From NCBI GenBank assembly GCA_041736175.1, contig JBGSUI010000207.1, positions 1-15,917 on the forward strand: a DNA stretch of 15,917 nucleotides, read 5' to 3'. The stretch's first letter is position 1. Each line of letters starts with the position of its first letter. The DNA is from Oligoflexales bacterium. GTDB lineage: Bacteria; Bdellovibrionota_B; Oligoflexia; Oligoflexales; CAIYRB01. Below the pieces are notes generated by a model that saw nothing but the letters and a program-made list of their open reading frames with translations, searched no databases and had not been told where the DNA came from. A program made the translations under genes and the position numbers. Of this stretch, positions 15,729 to 15,917 are shown one piece after another.

Positions 15729-15917
15729 TCCCTGGTATTTTTGAGGCGAGGAAAACCCTTTATTTGCAAGGAAAAGCCAGCGATTCAGCGCCTAAAAATT
15801 AGGCATCCTATATCCAATTGACAGTATTGGTTAATTTTGGCACGGTTTTCCACAAGTACCAAGAGTCCATTCTTCTGGTTCGTTTGTGGGTGTGTCTACA
15901 AGCAAAAAAATCTTTGC

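Noticed and set aside
15846..15854. DnaA-box match TTTTCCACA, with nearby TTGACA (15818-15823) and TGGCACG (15838-15844)
   Set aside because: A single box with no cluster visible before the window ends. TTGACA has no properly spaced -10, and the sigma54-like -24 element lacks the -12 GC.
1..15917. CRISPR array, IS/integrase, prophage, defence system or parS site
   Set aside because: No spaced direct repeats, transposase, recombinase or phage-like ORFs, and I found no parS palindrome by eye.

Overview
A gene-dense chromosomal window from a diderm (LPS/Omp85-bearing) bacterium, mostly housekeeping and stress genes. I found no mobile element, CRISPR array, rRNA or tRNA. Gene order on the + strand start: 3' end of an upstream gene, class I cytochrome c, CNNM/HlyC-CorC membrane protein, Fe-type SOD. 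These converge on a minus-strand tatB-lysA-ACT run, followed by divergent xth, hldD (rfaD) overlapping a one-POTRA Omp85 gene, and a minus-strand run of a four-module Cys-pair protein, hslO, smc and a lipoprotein. Four features stand out. (1) A stand-alone aspartokinase-beta-like ACT-ACT gene with no kinase domain sits directly behind lysA and is a candidate lysine-sensing regulatory subunit. (2) A roughly 93-nt G-U-rich rod hairpin starts right after a perfect TATAAT upstream of hldD and has an alternative pairing partner. (3) A 31-bp G-U-rich hairpin follows sodB. (4) TatB carries a His-rich HEHD repeat, and an unknown protein is built from four ~90-aa modules with one Cys pair each. All family calls come from motif recognition; no searches were run.
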